NCBI RefSeq assembly: GCF_026571515.1
Contig: NW_026856302.1
Location: forward strand, 1 to 64,000
Length of the DNA stretch: 64,000 nt
Direction: 5' to 3'
From: Ruditapes philippinarum
Lineage: Eukaryota
Each line of letters begins with the position of its first letter. Positions within the stretch are counted from its first letter, which is position 1. Position numbers and translations under genes: made by a program. Under the pieces are notes generated by a model. That model saw only the letters and a list, made by a program, of their open reading frames with translations. It ran no database searches and was not told the origin of the DNA. Positions 12,278-25,500 of the stretch are shown piece after piece.

Positions 12278-13370
12278 GTTAGCTCATTTCAGCACAAAGA
12301 AAGTGCTCGTAGATGAGCTTTTGTGGTAACAGCGTTCTCTTGTTCGTCGCCCAGTGTTATCCACAACATCTTCTAAACCTCTTGATGGATTTTGACCAAA
12401 CTTCACAGGAATGATCCTTAGGTAGTCCTCTAGAAATATTAATTATATACGGTTCCAGTCTGATGCATAAAAGGTCTCTTAAAAATCTCAAAAACCACAA
12501 TGCTGAGAGCTAAATATTTGGCATGGAGCATCACCTTGTGGTCCTCTTTAAAAATTATATATTATTCATTTCCACTCATGGAGGTACTTGACCGAGTTGT
12601 TAAGGTCATTGACTTCGAGCCACTTGCCCCTCACTGCTGCAGGTTCAAATCCGATCCGGCACTTTAGACACTTTCATGAGAGTAAGCTATTCAGCTAGCT
12701 TACAGAACGTCGGTGGTTCTATGGTGCTCGCTCGTGACAAAAATAATGCACGGACAGGAACCTGAGGTATTCATCCAGCAGTAAAGATGGAATGACGCCA
12801 CATGATTTCTACTGTTCGACGTAAAAAAAAAACCTAAAAACAACAAACCAAAATATATAAATCTTGCCCCTGGGGTTAAAATTGGTCTCGCTCCATGAGT
12901 CACTTAGTTTATAAAGACTACCCTCAGAAAATACAATGTCTATAGCTTTGACATTTTGCATTTAGCTTATGGTCCTCTATATACTGTTCCCATGGGATCA
13001 AAATTGTCCCTGCCTCAGGGGTCACTTAGTTATATAGACTTGTATAGGAAAAAACTCGAGTCTCCTTTTGTGAGACTACAATGCAAAAATCTAAGACAGT
13101 TGGCATGTGGCATAACCTGCTAGATCTCTATATAAGTCATGCCCCAGAGGTGAAAAACGGCAACGCCCTGGAGGTCACTTAGTTTACATATTCTTGTATA
13201 GTAAAAATTTAGTGTTTTTTTTTAAATTTCTTGTCTGAAAGTACCATGCCCAGAGTTTTGATGTTGACATGTAGCATTACCTTGTGGTCCTCTACAAAAG
13301 TTTTATTAATCATTCCCCAATATTTGCCTTGGCCCTGATGTGACTTTGTTTATGTAGACTTTGATATACC
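12278..13370 (+). mobile_element. Non-autonomous Helentron-type (HINE-like) element with ~150-bp internal tandem repeats
   Basis: ttagctca..agcac..gtgct..tgagct start, and a repeated core (ttggcatgtagcatcaccttgtggtcctct..tgcccc.ggggt..ggtcacttagtt). A truncated paralog lies at about 30032-30320. Confidence 0.6.
12580..12850 (+). mobile_element. tRNA-derived SINE nested in the Helentron-type element
   Basis: A-box-like tgaccgagttg, B-box ggttcaaatcc, body gtcggtggttcta..aaataatgcacgg..taaag.tggaa, and an A-rich tail. Confidence 0.75.
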
Positions 13371-13953
13371 TGAGACAAATTCTTTATAGCCAATTTCCAC
13401 ATTGATATATTAGAGGTAGGGAACCAGGGAACATCACATCTGTAGGGGACTGCTGCACTGTCTGTGACAAGCTCTTGTTTACTTGAATCTTCAATCAAAA
13501 CCATAGACAAACTTTGACTGTATTTGACCCTTTTGTGAAATTTTCTTGTGAAAGTTTTACATGCATGATTTTCTTCTTTCTCGCATTACATGAAATTTAG
13601 TTAATTGGTCGAGAACTCTGCCTTACTGACAGATCTTGTTTTCTATGCTTGTTAAAATATCTTTTTATGGCGCAAGGTCATGTTATGTTTAATTGACTTT
13701 GTGTATTACACGTTTTAACAAGAAAGAATCAAATGGCTATAAAATAAACAGGTTTGGAAAATACTTTTTTCCAATCAATGAAATGTATTTTCATGCGTTA
13801 ATTAATGAACCCAATCATTTGTAGACAAATAACAAAATGCTATATCTAGAGTGTATCTACATGCGTTTGAATTGTTGAAGAAAATATTTTGTATAACAAG
13901 ATCATTATTTTCGCCCATATACAAATGTTTCACAATTTTTACCACAATACTTT

Positions 13954-13965
13954 TTATCATGATAA
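13954..13965. promoter_or_regulatory. Palindromic double GATA site TTATCATGATAA upstream of C1qDC gene 1
   Basis: Perfect palindrome 126 bp upstream of the ATG. Equivalent motifs lie at 19802, 30917, 36279, 44733, 52191, 54891 and 59707. Confidence 0.4.
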
Positions 13966-14079
13966 TGATGACATAAAATCTGACCAGATAGCAGGACCTA
14001 TGAAGATAAAAAGGAGGCATTATCAGTAATATAGCTCAGTTTTTCTTTCATTCCTAAAGTGTGTGTAAAACCTTTCGAA

Positions 14080-16048
14080 ATGATGATTTATTGCATATCG
14101 TTTGTGTGCTTTATTTCACTCACTGCTTTTGGAGAAAAATTACACGAACAACAAAATCTGCAGTCAATTTGGAAAGAGTTGGAGAAATTGAAAGAGATTG
14201 ATCTTCTGAGGGAACGTACATTGGCATTGGAACGTGAGGTTGAGGGATTAAAACTTCAAAATCAAAATCTTAATCAAAAGGTTGAAACGCTGGAAAGACG
14301 ATGTGCGGAGCGCCCTGTAGAGGTAATCATACTGGCTTATCAAAATGTTTTCATTAATTTTCCTAATTTAACTCTATCTGAAACACTTATATAGTTTGTA
14401 TTAAGTACTATTTTACTAGTTTTAACTTTACTTATACATACTAATACCGAAAGATTCCGATTTTAAAGCAGACTTTTAGTGAATGGTGTGGCATATATGG
14501 ACTCTTTGTCATTTCAACGGTGGATCAAAGCTTTTAATCAATGATGACTACCGTTCACGTAGGCCGAAAACCTCGGTTACCAAGGCAAATATTGCTGCTA
14601 AAAAGATTATAGTAGAGTAGGAGTAAAGGATATGTACTGGCATGATATCAGATCAGATGGCAGTATATAATAAGGCTGTTTGCTGTCTTCGGTAAGTTTA
14701 TGACAGTATTTTATGTTTTGATGTTTTACTGGAAACACCTAGTGAGACGGGAGCATTAAAAAATTAAAATATTAAATAAAATTCAGTCATAAACTTACCG
14801 ACAACAGAAAACTGGCAGATTTTATTCACCGCTCCTCCGACGAATTCTCCACCGCCGCTTCTGCGAAAGATAAGGCCAGTGTGTATATTCTTGCATACGC
14901 AGTTTGCATGCAAGTATCCTCACTGGTTTTTGTTTTATATCAACAAAATGTCCGAAACAGTATGTTTTGTCATTAAATCATGAATATAACTTTTCCTCCA
15001 TATAAAAAATCTTTTAATTAAATAGTTTGCATTCGTATTTAGATGTGACTGTATAAATTTTCAGGATGTTGAAAGGACAGAAAAAACTGGTACGATGGCC
15101 AACACGACAAACACTCACAGCTATTCTTTCAACCAGACATTTGAATCAAGGAAACAAACTTCTAAACTAAATCGCCAGAGAAGTATATTACCAAGTAAAC
15201 ATAATTATTAAAATCCCCATGTCTTATTCGGCTACATGCATGGCAAGAACGCAGTAGATCACTACATTTGCAACCGACAGTAGTGGAAATTGAAGGAACT
15301 CAAGACTACATACTATTCAGTTTGTCTTTGTAAAGTCTGTGGATCTGGAATATACACTCGAATGTTTTCTTCGCCTATATCATCTTTTTTATGACGTGGG
15401 GCGTTATCTGTGACATGGGCGCGTATTATATAACCATTCCCTCTACCCAAATGAAGAATGAGCGTGAAATATAATATATTTGACATTAATTAGATACTAT
15501 ATTTTAATATATATGTGATGCTGCAATAGCTGATTATGATATGACAAATCTCTTTCTCTATAAACTATTGGTCTGTTTGTTTACATGTTCAGATTGTCCA
15601 CCAATTGAATCGTTTTCTATTTTCAGGACAGGTCTCAATCCAAACACATATAGCGTTTACAGCAGGAGTATCGGTTGATAATCTTCATAATTTAGGTGAA
15701 CATCAATCTATTATATTTGATCGTGTCATCACAAACATTGGCAATGCTTACCGTCCACATACTGGGATTTTTAATGTCCCGGTTAAAGGTGCATATGCTA
15801 TAACGCTAACCATGACTGTTGAACCTAACAAACTTCAAAGGCTTGAGTTAGTTGTTGACGGCGGTTCAACATACTATATATCTGCTGGCCAAGCGGATGC
15901 TAGAGACTACACTTCTACAACAAAACAATGGATTCTAGAGCTGCATACCGCATCAGAAGTATGGGTCAGGAAGGTTGGTGCTGCCTACACTGACCTCCAC
16001 GGAAATATGGATACTATTATATCTGGCTATCTTTTGTTCCAGACATAA
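14080..16048 (+). CDS. C1qDC gene 1: secreted coiled-coil plus gC1q protein, 264 aa, intact
   Basis: Exons 14080-14322 (signal peptide MMIYCISFVCFISLTAFG and heptads), 15065-15194 (S/T-rich linker) and 15627-16048 (AFTA..IIFDRVITNIGNAY..TGIF.VPVKGAY..SGYLL). Introns are GT-AG with phases 0 and 1. AATAAA follows at 16062. Confidence 0.92.
14672..14868. mobile_element. Inverted-repeat (hairpin) element in intron 1 of gene 1
   Basis: Arms tcggtaagtttatgac and gtcataaacttaccga. Related copies lie at about 31640-31852 and about 60617-60785 (reverse). Confidence 0.65.
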
Positions 16049-18906
16049 CAATTTTCTGCGAAATAAAGTTATTCAACTGTGAGTTTTGTAGGTGAAAAAT
16101 ATAAGCAAAAATAACATGTTTTCTGATGCCGCTCTGTAACTTTTAGAAATAGTATAAGACGTTCCGGCTATATGTTTATATAATAAACTGTGTATGTATT
16201 ATCTAATTAGTATGATACCTCCGTTTATTTCAAAAAAATACTTCATACATGTATAATTATGATCTTTTTATCAAACTTAAAATTTTTGAACTTAAAGTAA
16301 ACATCATTTAAAATCATTTTTTTTCTAAAAAGCAGATGTTTGGCATATGTAGCATCACACTATAGCCCTTATAACAGCAGAATTGTCCCTTTTGTTCAAA
16401 TTATGCACTTACGGGGAGAATTGCTAGTAAGGTAATGAAATAACCAATAAATTGTAACCGAAGAATATCGATTTTTGATTAAATTTTCGCTTTTCAAGTA
16501 CTGACATAATTACTAGGTTTCCATAACATTTTATCATTCAAAAACAAACATGTACAATGTTGATAAATGTACAATTTTACCTACGAATAATAAATGATTG
16601 AAATGTTAGTGATTGTATTATCTCATTGACTGAATGATCATAAAATAATGTTGTTTTTTTTTTCAAAATTTTTATTACCGATTCTTCGTTGTACTGTCCA
16701 CATTGTAATGTGCTTCTTTTGGCACTAACTGAGAATCTACTTGTCATCTGACATCTTCTGAATTATTGTAAAAGTTACAAAATTATATGATATAAGGTTA
16801 TATTTTGACGTTTTTAATGAGTGTTTACATTATTATAATGTTTAATATACCATTAACCATTATGATCTTTATATTAAGTCTGGTGCAATAAGTTATATTT
16901 CTACGTGAAAAGGTCTATCATTTATCCGTGTTTGGCACTCAGGACAAAGTATTATATATCATGATCCTGTTTAGATAGAAATCTCGAAATTTGTCGATCT
17001 GCCTAGCCTTTATCTGCTGTATAAAAAAACTCTACCATTCAATCTTTAGTTCTCAATGATGTGTTCAAATATGTACACATTTGTGATGATTTGACACATG
17101 CGTGTGCAAAACATCTGGTGAAGTGTTTGCGTGTAACTTTATGATATGATTACCACTGAAGTTATTCAATTTGATCTTCACTTATACTTTTGCGATTCTT
17201 ACATACGGTATATTCTCGACTCTTGTTTAATTTGAAATTTCTTGTGAAAGTTTTGCGTGCAAGTTTTTTTCAACGAATTCACTTTCAATGAAGTAATGCA
17301 TATAAAATGATTATACTCTATAATTCTGTTTTCTCTGCCATATATAAAAATTTCCTCAAAATGTTAGCTACATTAAAGAGATAATTAAATTTTGGATGAT
17401 CAGAGGTTCAATTATTTCTAAACCAATGTATTGTCCTCTCGAAATAAAGCAGGGTCAAATGCAATTCTACAGAATTCGCATGGTGAGTTTTTTTTAGTCT
17501 TTGTTTATGAAATTAAAAAAAATACTATTAAATAATTTATTTCATATACTATAAGTAATGTATATGGGATATAACAGTCTTCTCATAAAAGTTACTGGAA
17601 GTGACGATATTAAACGTCACGAAAAAGTCCTAAAGCAATAAAAAAACCCAGTATATTTGAGATCTTTGGACAAACGAATTAAATGGCAGATATGTTATTC
17701 CTACTAACACAACATTTTATCGTAACTATTTAATATCAATTTTATTCTTGCTTTTCTGAATTATTTCTTCGTTTTCTATAAGTACATAATGCTCCCCATC
17801 CAATCGGACAATTCCATATGTTTTATTTTTTCAAACAATCATCGTATAGTTTATTTAAAGGTCAAATTATCCGGTCAGTTATAGCCCGTTTCAAAAACAA
17901 AGCAAAAAACGTATTGTTGTTAATTTTTGTAGGTTACGACAATCAGTCTCTCAAAAGCCGACATGATGTGTGTACACGTCTTTCAGTTATTGACTCTGAG
18001 GGATATTAAAAATAAATGATAATTCGACATCAATGATATTTAACCTCTAACAACTGTACTAAGGTATTATTAATCCGTTATAGTTAAAGTTATAATTTTT
18101 CTCTACACAAAATGAGTGTTTTGATGTTCTTTCTCTTTCGTACCATAGGCAAAAATATAACACGTTCCCAGCCGTCACAATATTAAACCCCAGAAAAAAA
18201 TAACCAATGTACACAAGTATCTGAATATGACTTTATACATCGTTATCTCTTTCCCCGTCGTCGCATGAAAAAAATATAGCCAGTCAACACAGACAGTGAG
18301 TGCAGTAACAAATACCTGCCCTCAGTTTACGCACTGTGCATGCATCGTATACGATTTAACTGTGACACGTTTTCAATAGTAATTAAAGTCTCCAAACTGT
18401 GATACAAGTGAATGTTTATTTCTAAAAAAATACAAACTACCAAATACAGACCTTTTAATGGTAAAAATCTTCCTTCATGCACCAAACATACATGTTCTTT
18501 CTATTCCATATCATTGAAAACTAACGAGCCAGCTACTGAGCAATTTTAGTTATGTTTATGAAACTAAAATAATTGCCGCTCGAAAATATGTTGATATTGA
18601 AAATATGCCGTTCTCGAAAAAAACATTAATCTCATTTAATCTTAATAGGTACAAAGTAACACGAACATTGTAAGAAATAAAGGATTTTAGAGCAATTTCG
18701 TAGCATACACACAAAGAAGCAGTTGATTATGATACAGTTAAAACAAATGATATTATAAACATAAGAATACATAAGAAGTTTAATTATTATACGGTATTGT
18801 TATATAGCTTAAAATTAAATAGTGTAACTTGTCAAAAAGAGCAATTTCACTTGAATGTTTGTTTCATGTGACGTACAACACATATTCACACACAAAAACC
18901 GTTTAA

Positions 18907-19704
18907 GGTATTAGGACCCTAATGGGCACTATAAGGAACTAAAAAATTGACATCATAGGTCAGAAGTATACCTTAAAGTACACCTGTATGCAAAATTTAA
19001 ACAAAGTTTACCGTACGGAAATCAAGTTATGGCCACTTTTCTTAACTCAAGCTTGGATGTTATGAGGGCCCTTTTTTTAGAAATGAGGAACCTTTAAATA
19101 ATCTGCAATAACTTTCTAATGAAAAATGTTTTCCCATTGATTTTTGGTAAGAAACAAATAGTACCATTCAGCTAACAATCCACATCATAAGCAAAATTAT
19201 GGTTTCTACTTTAAATTTATGAAATCTGTATAAAAATGTTACCCTACCCCACCCATTTTTACCACGTGTCTGACCATTTTTCTACTTAGGGAGCCTAATT
19301 AAAAAAATCTTAAAATTTACCCAAATGAGTGCCTGTTTTCAAAGTTTCCCTAAATTTTAAAAAAAGTATATTAGTTGGTCTTGTGAAATATGAAATACTT
19401 TTACCGTCTAGTTTTGATTATTTTACACTTTGAAAATATCAGGTACCATATTTATTACTAGATTTAGCATAATTTAGCCAATAAATACATATATAAATTT
19501 AAAAAATCAAAATTAAACACTTCTTTCTTTCCAAATGGGACATGAGAGATACATAAATAATGTTAAAAGAAAAAAAGAAAGAAAAAAAAAGTTGACCCTT
19601 CTGGGGATTGAACCCATGGCCCTCATTTTCAATGTAGTTAACAGTAGTTCTAGCCTATTTGAATACTCTTCAACGCAGAGGTAATGCATTAGGGTGCTAA
19701 TACC
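18907..19704. mobile_element. 798-bp non-autonomous TIR element with TTAA target duplication (Kolobok-type signature)
   Basis: TTAA|GGTATTAGGACCCTAATG ... CATTAGGGTGCTAATACC|TTAA. Confidence 0.8.
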
Positions 19705-19934
19705 TTAAGTACATAATTAAATGAATAACAAGTTCATTACTTTCACTTGTCAAACGATAATAATGTTTAATACTTATTGAACTCATAGACATTAAAACCT
19801 CTTATCACGATAATGATGACCTAGAGTGTAAAAATTGTCATGATTGCAGAACATATTAAGCTATTTAAGACAGATTATTACTTACAGGCCGAAATTATAA
19901 CTCTTTCCCCATTTTATGTAAATATCACAAAAAG

Positions 19935-21250
19935 ATGATTTTGTTTATCTTGTTTCTTTGTTTCGTTTCAAAGAATGTTAATGGGGAAGATTTAAAGGAA
20001 ATGAAAAATCTGCAGTCAATTTTAAAAGAGTTGGAAACGATGAAAACAATGCACAAAGAGATCGATTATTTAAAAGAACGTACGCTGGCATTGGAAAAGC
20101 AGAATAAACAGCTTAACCAAAAAATTGAAAAGCTGGAAATTTGGTGTGCTGCGAAAACTGAAAAGGTAATCATTTAGTATTTGGCTTATTGAAATGTAAT
20201 TTCCTTCAATAACATAAAAATGTCTTTGGTTCAACCGGACGAACTTAAATACCATTGAGATAGGGTTTTTATTGTCTGGTTGTATTGTATATATTTTCAG
20301 GATGACGTGATAACATTAAATTCCGGAACGCCGGTAAATACAACGAATACTCACAACAATGCTTTTAAACCATCACCTGAATCAACCAAAGAAATTTCTC
20401 GTCGGCAAACTCGTAACAAAAGCAAAACCAGCTACTTAGGGCAGCGTGCATTAGGTAATTAACTGGAAAGCTGAGCTATAACCGCTAGAGAATTTGTCAA
20501 AGACATTGATTATATCATAAATTAGAGATCTCGAGCTAATGTTCAGGGTGTAGGATTCTGATATGTACTAAAGGATTAATTTTTCATCATTGGCGTTTAA
20601 AGGTCGTCATTTAGAATCATATCATAACAGTTGATTCTCAAACACTTTACACAATTCTTAAACCACAAGAGGTATTTTTATCTATTAAAACTTGAGTTGG
20701 TCATATTATATATATATCTTCTCAATGATATGATACCAATTGATTAAATTTGTTCTCAAATTACATTTGATCGGAATATAATAAAAACAAACAGTCTGTC
20801 CATTTTAATTATTTATCATTTTCAGCACGGCGGTCTCTTACACCTCATGTAGCTTTTACAGTCGGAGTATCGGTTGATAATCTTCATAATTTAGGTGATC
20901 ATCAAACAATCATATTCGATCGTGTTATCACAAATATTGGCAATGCTTACCAAAAATATACTGGAATTTTCACTGTCCCAGTTAAGGGTGCTTATGTTAT
21001 AACATTAACAATGACAGTGGAACCCGAAAAAGTTCAATGGCTGGATTTAGTGGTTGACGGTGTAACCATAAACTTCATAACTGCCGGAATTGGAAGCACT
21101 AACAATTACGCTTCTTCAACGAAACAATGGATCCTTGACCTAACAACTGGATCAGAAGTGTGGGTTAGGAAGGCTGGTCCGATATATTACAAGGACCTCC
21201 ACGGAAGTATGAATACTATTATGTCCGGTTTTCTCCTATTTCAAATATAA
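19935..21250 (+). CDS. C1qDC gene 2 (second subtype), 269 aa, intact
   Basis: Exons 19935-20165, 20301-20454 and 20826-21250. The frame stays open across the GT-AG junctions, and gC1q motifs are present. Confidence 0.92.
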
Positions 21251-22145
21251 CAGTTTTCTTTAGTACATGTAAAGTGATGAAATTGTAACTTCATTTTTAA
21301 ACAAGTAAAGGAAAGTGTATCATTTTTCTTAATATGTCGATCTGTTGTTCCTTAACTTTTAGCAGATAGTACTAAGCATCCTAAAATGTAAATTATATTG
21401 CATATATTTTGATAGTGACCATAGAGAGTTTTGAAGTAACGAGAATTTATGAAAGCAATAAAAACAACAAATAGAAAGAAACAATAAGAATCCCGTTCGG
21501 ACAACCCCTACCCTGAAAAGAAAAGAGAAGTAAAAATTGCATTAAGGCGTGAACAATCATTTTTGAAACTGAATTAAAACGGATGAAAAATATGAATGCA
21601 TATTTAAGGAAGTGAAGACGAATATATCGCTAAACTTTCAAAATCGCAAACCAAAACAACTATGTAAAACTTCAGAAAATAGCTGTGAATAAATTAATAT
21701 CAAGAAACGAAAACTGCTACGATTCATTCATTATGCAAATTTTTCGATCTATAGAAAAAACGGGCACTGACGCAAGCTTGTATTTTAATAACAATTACGT
21801 AGCATTTACAAAACCAATCAGTTGTTATGATATGATATAAACATACGAAATCATAGACATACCACTAGGTTATGAATTATTTTCTTAAGCAAAAATTACA
21901 AAGTTTATTGATTAAACAGAAATGATAAATTGCTTTCTATGATGTAACTTGTCCCCAACGAAACAAGCCCTGTGACTTTACTAGTGTTTCATGTGACATA
22001 ACACGCACACGCGCGATTCCGCACACAAACGCATGAACATACAGACGCGCGCGCATTCACACATACGCAACGATAAACTGGCAAATAAAATATAGGGCTC
22101 CGTCTACTACAATAGCCAGTTTATATATTTCAACGAAAAATTTAT

Positions 22146-22330
22146 AAGAGCTGGAAAGACATGTGTCTCCCAAAACTATGTATGGTGAAATCCCGCCAGA
22201 AATTTGATCTGTGAAAGCCACGTAAGATTTATCTATTTAAAGCTCTGGTGGCCATTTTGTGCAACAAAGTAGAACGTAACCGCGATATGCACAACTAAGT
22301 ACTGATCACTCCTGTGAAGTTTTCATTATA
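22146..22330 (-). mobile_element. Single reverse unit of the ~143-bp Helentron-type core repeat
   Basis: Reverse complement of the units at 48451-48925 (gtgatcagtact..agttgtgcatatcgc..gcacaaaatggcc.ccagagct). Confidence 0.55.
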
Positions 22331-22599
22331 AACCTAATATCAATTGAACACACCAATGACCATGTAATACATGTTTATCACATACTCGTGCCGCTTTTGC
22401 GACACCGTAAAAATGGTATTGCACGGCCGTGCATATATTTTGACGTGGCGTCATTTGTGTTATACAAACATAGCGCAAAGACGCGCTAAATAATAGCGCT
22501 ATACTGTAGGCGCGTCAATGAGAAAGACTTTTCTCACTTTAAACGGTCTTTATTTTTGGTATGTGATAAATAGAATATTAAATTCGTGTCCACACTGGC

Positions 22600-25500
22600 A
22601 TCAGTCAAATGATGTTTAAACGTCTGGCTCAGGAAAAATCGTTTTTATAAACTTGATATACAGAAAGAAAAATTCGCCTAAACAAGAAAAAGACCATTTC
22701 ACACGGAAATCTCTCGGACAGACTTCTTTGGTTACGGCTTTGGGCTTTATATTGTGCAACGAAGACTATCCAAACACAGGAGACCCTCAAAACTTGTACA
22801 AAATCGTATCCGCACGCAATGAAATCAGACCAATGGTGTCTTAATGGTTGGCTCAGGAAAATAGTGTTTTTTATATACATTTTATATACAGAAAGAACAA
22901 ATTGCCTGAACAAAAACGACCATGCCACGCGGAAATCTCCCGGCCATTATTTCTTGGGTTAGACCTTTGGGCTTTATATTGTGCAAAGAACATCCTCCAG
23001 ACATGTACAAAATCGAATCCGCAATGAAATCAGACCAATGGTGTTTAACCAGTTGGCTCAGGAAAATGGTGTTTTTTATATACATTTTATATAGAGAAAG
23101 AACAAATCGCCGGAGCAAAAAATGACCATGCCACGCGGAAATCTGCCGCCCATATTTCTTTGATTAGACCTTTGGGCTTTATATTGTGCAAAGAACACCC
23201 TTCAAACATGTACAAAATCAAATCCGCAATGAAATCAGACAAATGGTGTTTAAACGGTTGTCTCAGGAAAATGGTGTTTATTTATTAATTTTATATAATG
23301 GAAGAACTAATCGCCTGAACTAAAAACGGCCATGCCACGCGGAAAGCTCTCGGATAAGTTTCTGGTGTAACGACTTAAGGCCTTTTATTGTGCAAAGAAG
23401 ACTATCCAAAGGTGTACAAAATCGAATCCGCATTGGAATCAGACAAATGGTGTTAAAACGGTTGACTCAAGAAAATGGTATATTTTTTACGAACATTTAT
23501 ACAGTTTCATACAGAAATAAATAATCGCCGGTTAAAAAGCGACAATTTAACTGGGACCTCTTGCTATTACATTTCTTGTGTTAGAGTTTTGAGCCTTATA
23601 TTGCTGTGAAAAAGATCATCTAAACTGATATTATCAACAAGATAATAACAGTTTTCTTTGTTGTTGATGTTTTTAAGTGCGTAGCGTTCATTATACAATA
23701 GCTGACTGTGCATGACCTCAATTACTACAAGAAAGTTCTCTAAAGTGTGTTTTTTGTCAAACTTCCATTTTTATAAAGTATCTCTGTTTTAGAAAGATTT
23801 TATCCCAAATATCTTGCTATTTCAGCCCATTTACTGTTATGAATTGGAAAAAAGAGAAATCGACGGTCCAAAAACGACCATGTCACGAGGAAATCTCTAG
23901 GACATATTGCTTGGGTTAAGGCTTTGAGCCTTATTTTGTACACATGAGACCCTCCAAACTTGTATAAAAGGGAATCCAAAATGAAATCAGACAAATGTTG
24001 TTTGAAAGGTCGGCGCAGGAAATAGCGATTTTTACACATTTTATATACAGAAAGAACAACTCTCCTGAACAAAAAACAACCATGCCACGCGGAAATCTCT
24101 GGGACATATTTTTTGTGTTAGGGCTTTGAGACTTATATTGTGCACAGGAGTCCCTCCAACTTTGTATAAAACCGAATCAAAAATGAAATTCAACAAATGT
24201 TGTTTGAACGGTTGGATCAAGAAAATGGTGTTTTTACACATTTTATATACAGAAAGAACAACTCTCCTGAACAAAAAACGACCATGCCACGCGGAAATCC
24301 CTTGGACATATTTCTTGTGTTAGGGCTTTGAGACTCATATTCTGCACAGAAGACCCGCCAAACTTGTACAAAATTGATTCCAAAATGAAATCCGACAAAT
24401 GGTGTTTGAAGTGTTGGCTCAAGAAAATGGTGTTTTTTTTACACATTTTATATACAGAAAGAACAAATCTCCTAAAAAAAAAACGACCATGCCACTCGGA
24501 AATCTCTAGGACATATTTCTTGGGTTAGGGTTTTAAAACTTGTATTGTACACAGGAGACCCTCAAAACTTGTACAAATTTTGTTTGAACGGTTAGCTCAG
24601 GAAATAGTGTTTTTTTTTACACATTTAATATACAGAAAGAACTACTCTCCTGAACAAAAAACAACCACGCGGAAATCTCTTAGACACATTTCCTTGGGTT
24701 AGGGCTTTGAGACTTATAGTGTGCACATGAGACTCTCCATATTTGTACAAATTCGAATCCAAAATGAAATCCGACAAATGGTGTTTGAACGGTTGGCTCA
24801 TTCAAAATGTTTTTTTTTACACATTTTATATACAGAAAGAACAAATCTCCTGAACAAAAAACGAACATGTCACGCGGAAATCTCTTGGACATATTTCTTG
24901 TGGTAGGGCTTTAAGACTTATATTGTGTACAGGAGACCCTCCAAATTTTTACAAAATCGAATCCAAAATGAAATCCGACAAATGGTGTTTGAAGTGTTGG
25001 CTCAAGAAAATAGTGTTTTTTTACACATTTCATATGCAGAAAGAACAAATCTCCTGAACAAAAAACGACCATGCCACGCAGAATTCTCTGGGACATATTT
25101 CTTGGGTTAGGGTTTTAAGACTTATATTGTGCACAGGAGACCCTCCAAACTTGTACATAATTGAATCCAAAATGGAATCAGATAAATGTTGTTTGAACGG
25201 TTGGCTCAGGAAAATAGTGTTTTTTTTACACATTTTATATACAGAAAGAACAAATCTCCTGGACAAAAAACGACCATGCCACTCGGAAATCTCTAGGACA
25301 TATTTCTTGGGTTAGGGTTTTAAGACTTATATTGTGCACAGGAGACCCTCAAAAATTGTACAAAATTGAATCCAAAATGAAACCAGACAAATAATGTTTG
25401 AACGGTTGGCTCAGGAAAATAGTGTTTTCTTTACACATTTAATATACAGAAAGAACAACACTCCTGAAGAAAAAACAACCATGCCACGCCCAAATCTCTT

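Larger units (their letters stand above)
10096..21300 (+). repeat. Segmental duplication copy 1 (putative distal PDE2 3' region plus C1qDC genes 1 and 2)
   Basis: Collinear with about 26684-37740, starting at ttttacccaaat.ttctcagttagtactgtttgaaaact. Roughly 85-95% identical by eye. Confidence 0.9.

Noticed and set aside
12580-12665. Possible tRNA genes (also 30322-30405, 57435-57507 and a B-box-like motif near 19601-19620)
   Set aside because: They have A/B boxes but no convincing cloverleaf, and they continue into SINE or TE bodies.
14059-14394. Single-exon ORFs such as 14059-14394, 15605-16048 and 58274-58744 as standalone proteins
   Set aside because: Their GTG/TTG starts and intron read-through tails are artefacts. 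They are exons of spliced C1qDC genes.
17818-18009. 63-aa ORF repeated at 34802-34993, considered as a conserved small gene
   Set aside because: Its conservation equals that of the surrounding duplicated spacer. The differences are largely non-synonymous, and the older third copy near 43430-43740 does not keep the frame.
22000-22070. CA/CG alternating tract as a Z-DNA or regulatory element
   Set aside because: It is short and interrupted, and most simply explained as a decayed microsatellite.
22374-22570. 12-bp inverted repeat tttatcacatac / gtatgtgataaa just before the satellite
   Set aside because: It is probably a TE end, but with one copy in the window its boundaries and family cannot be supported.
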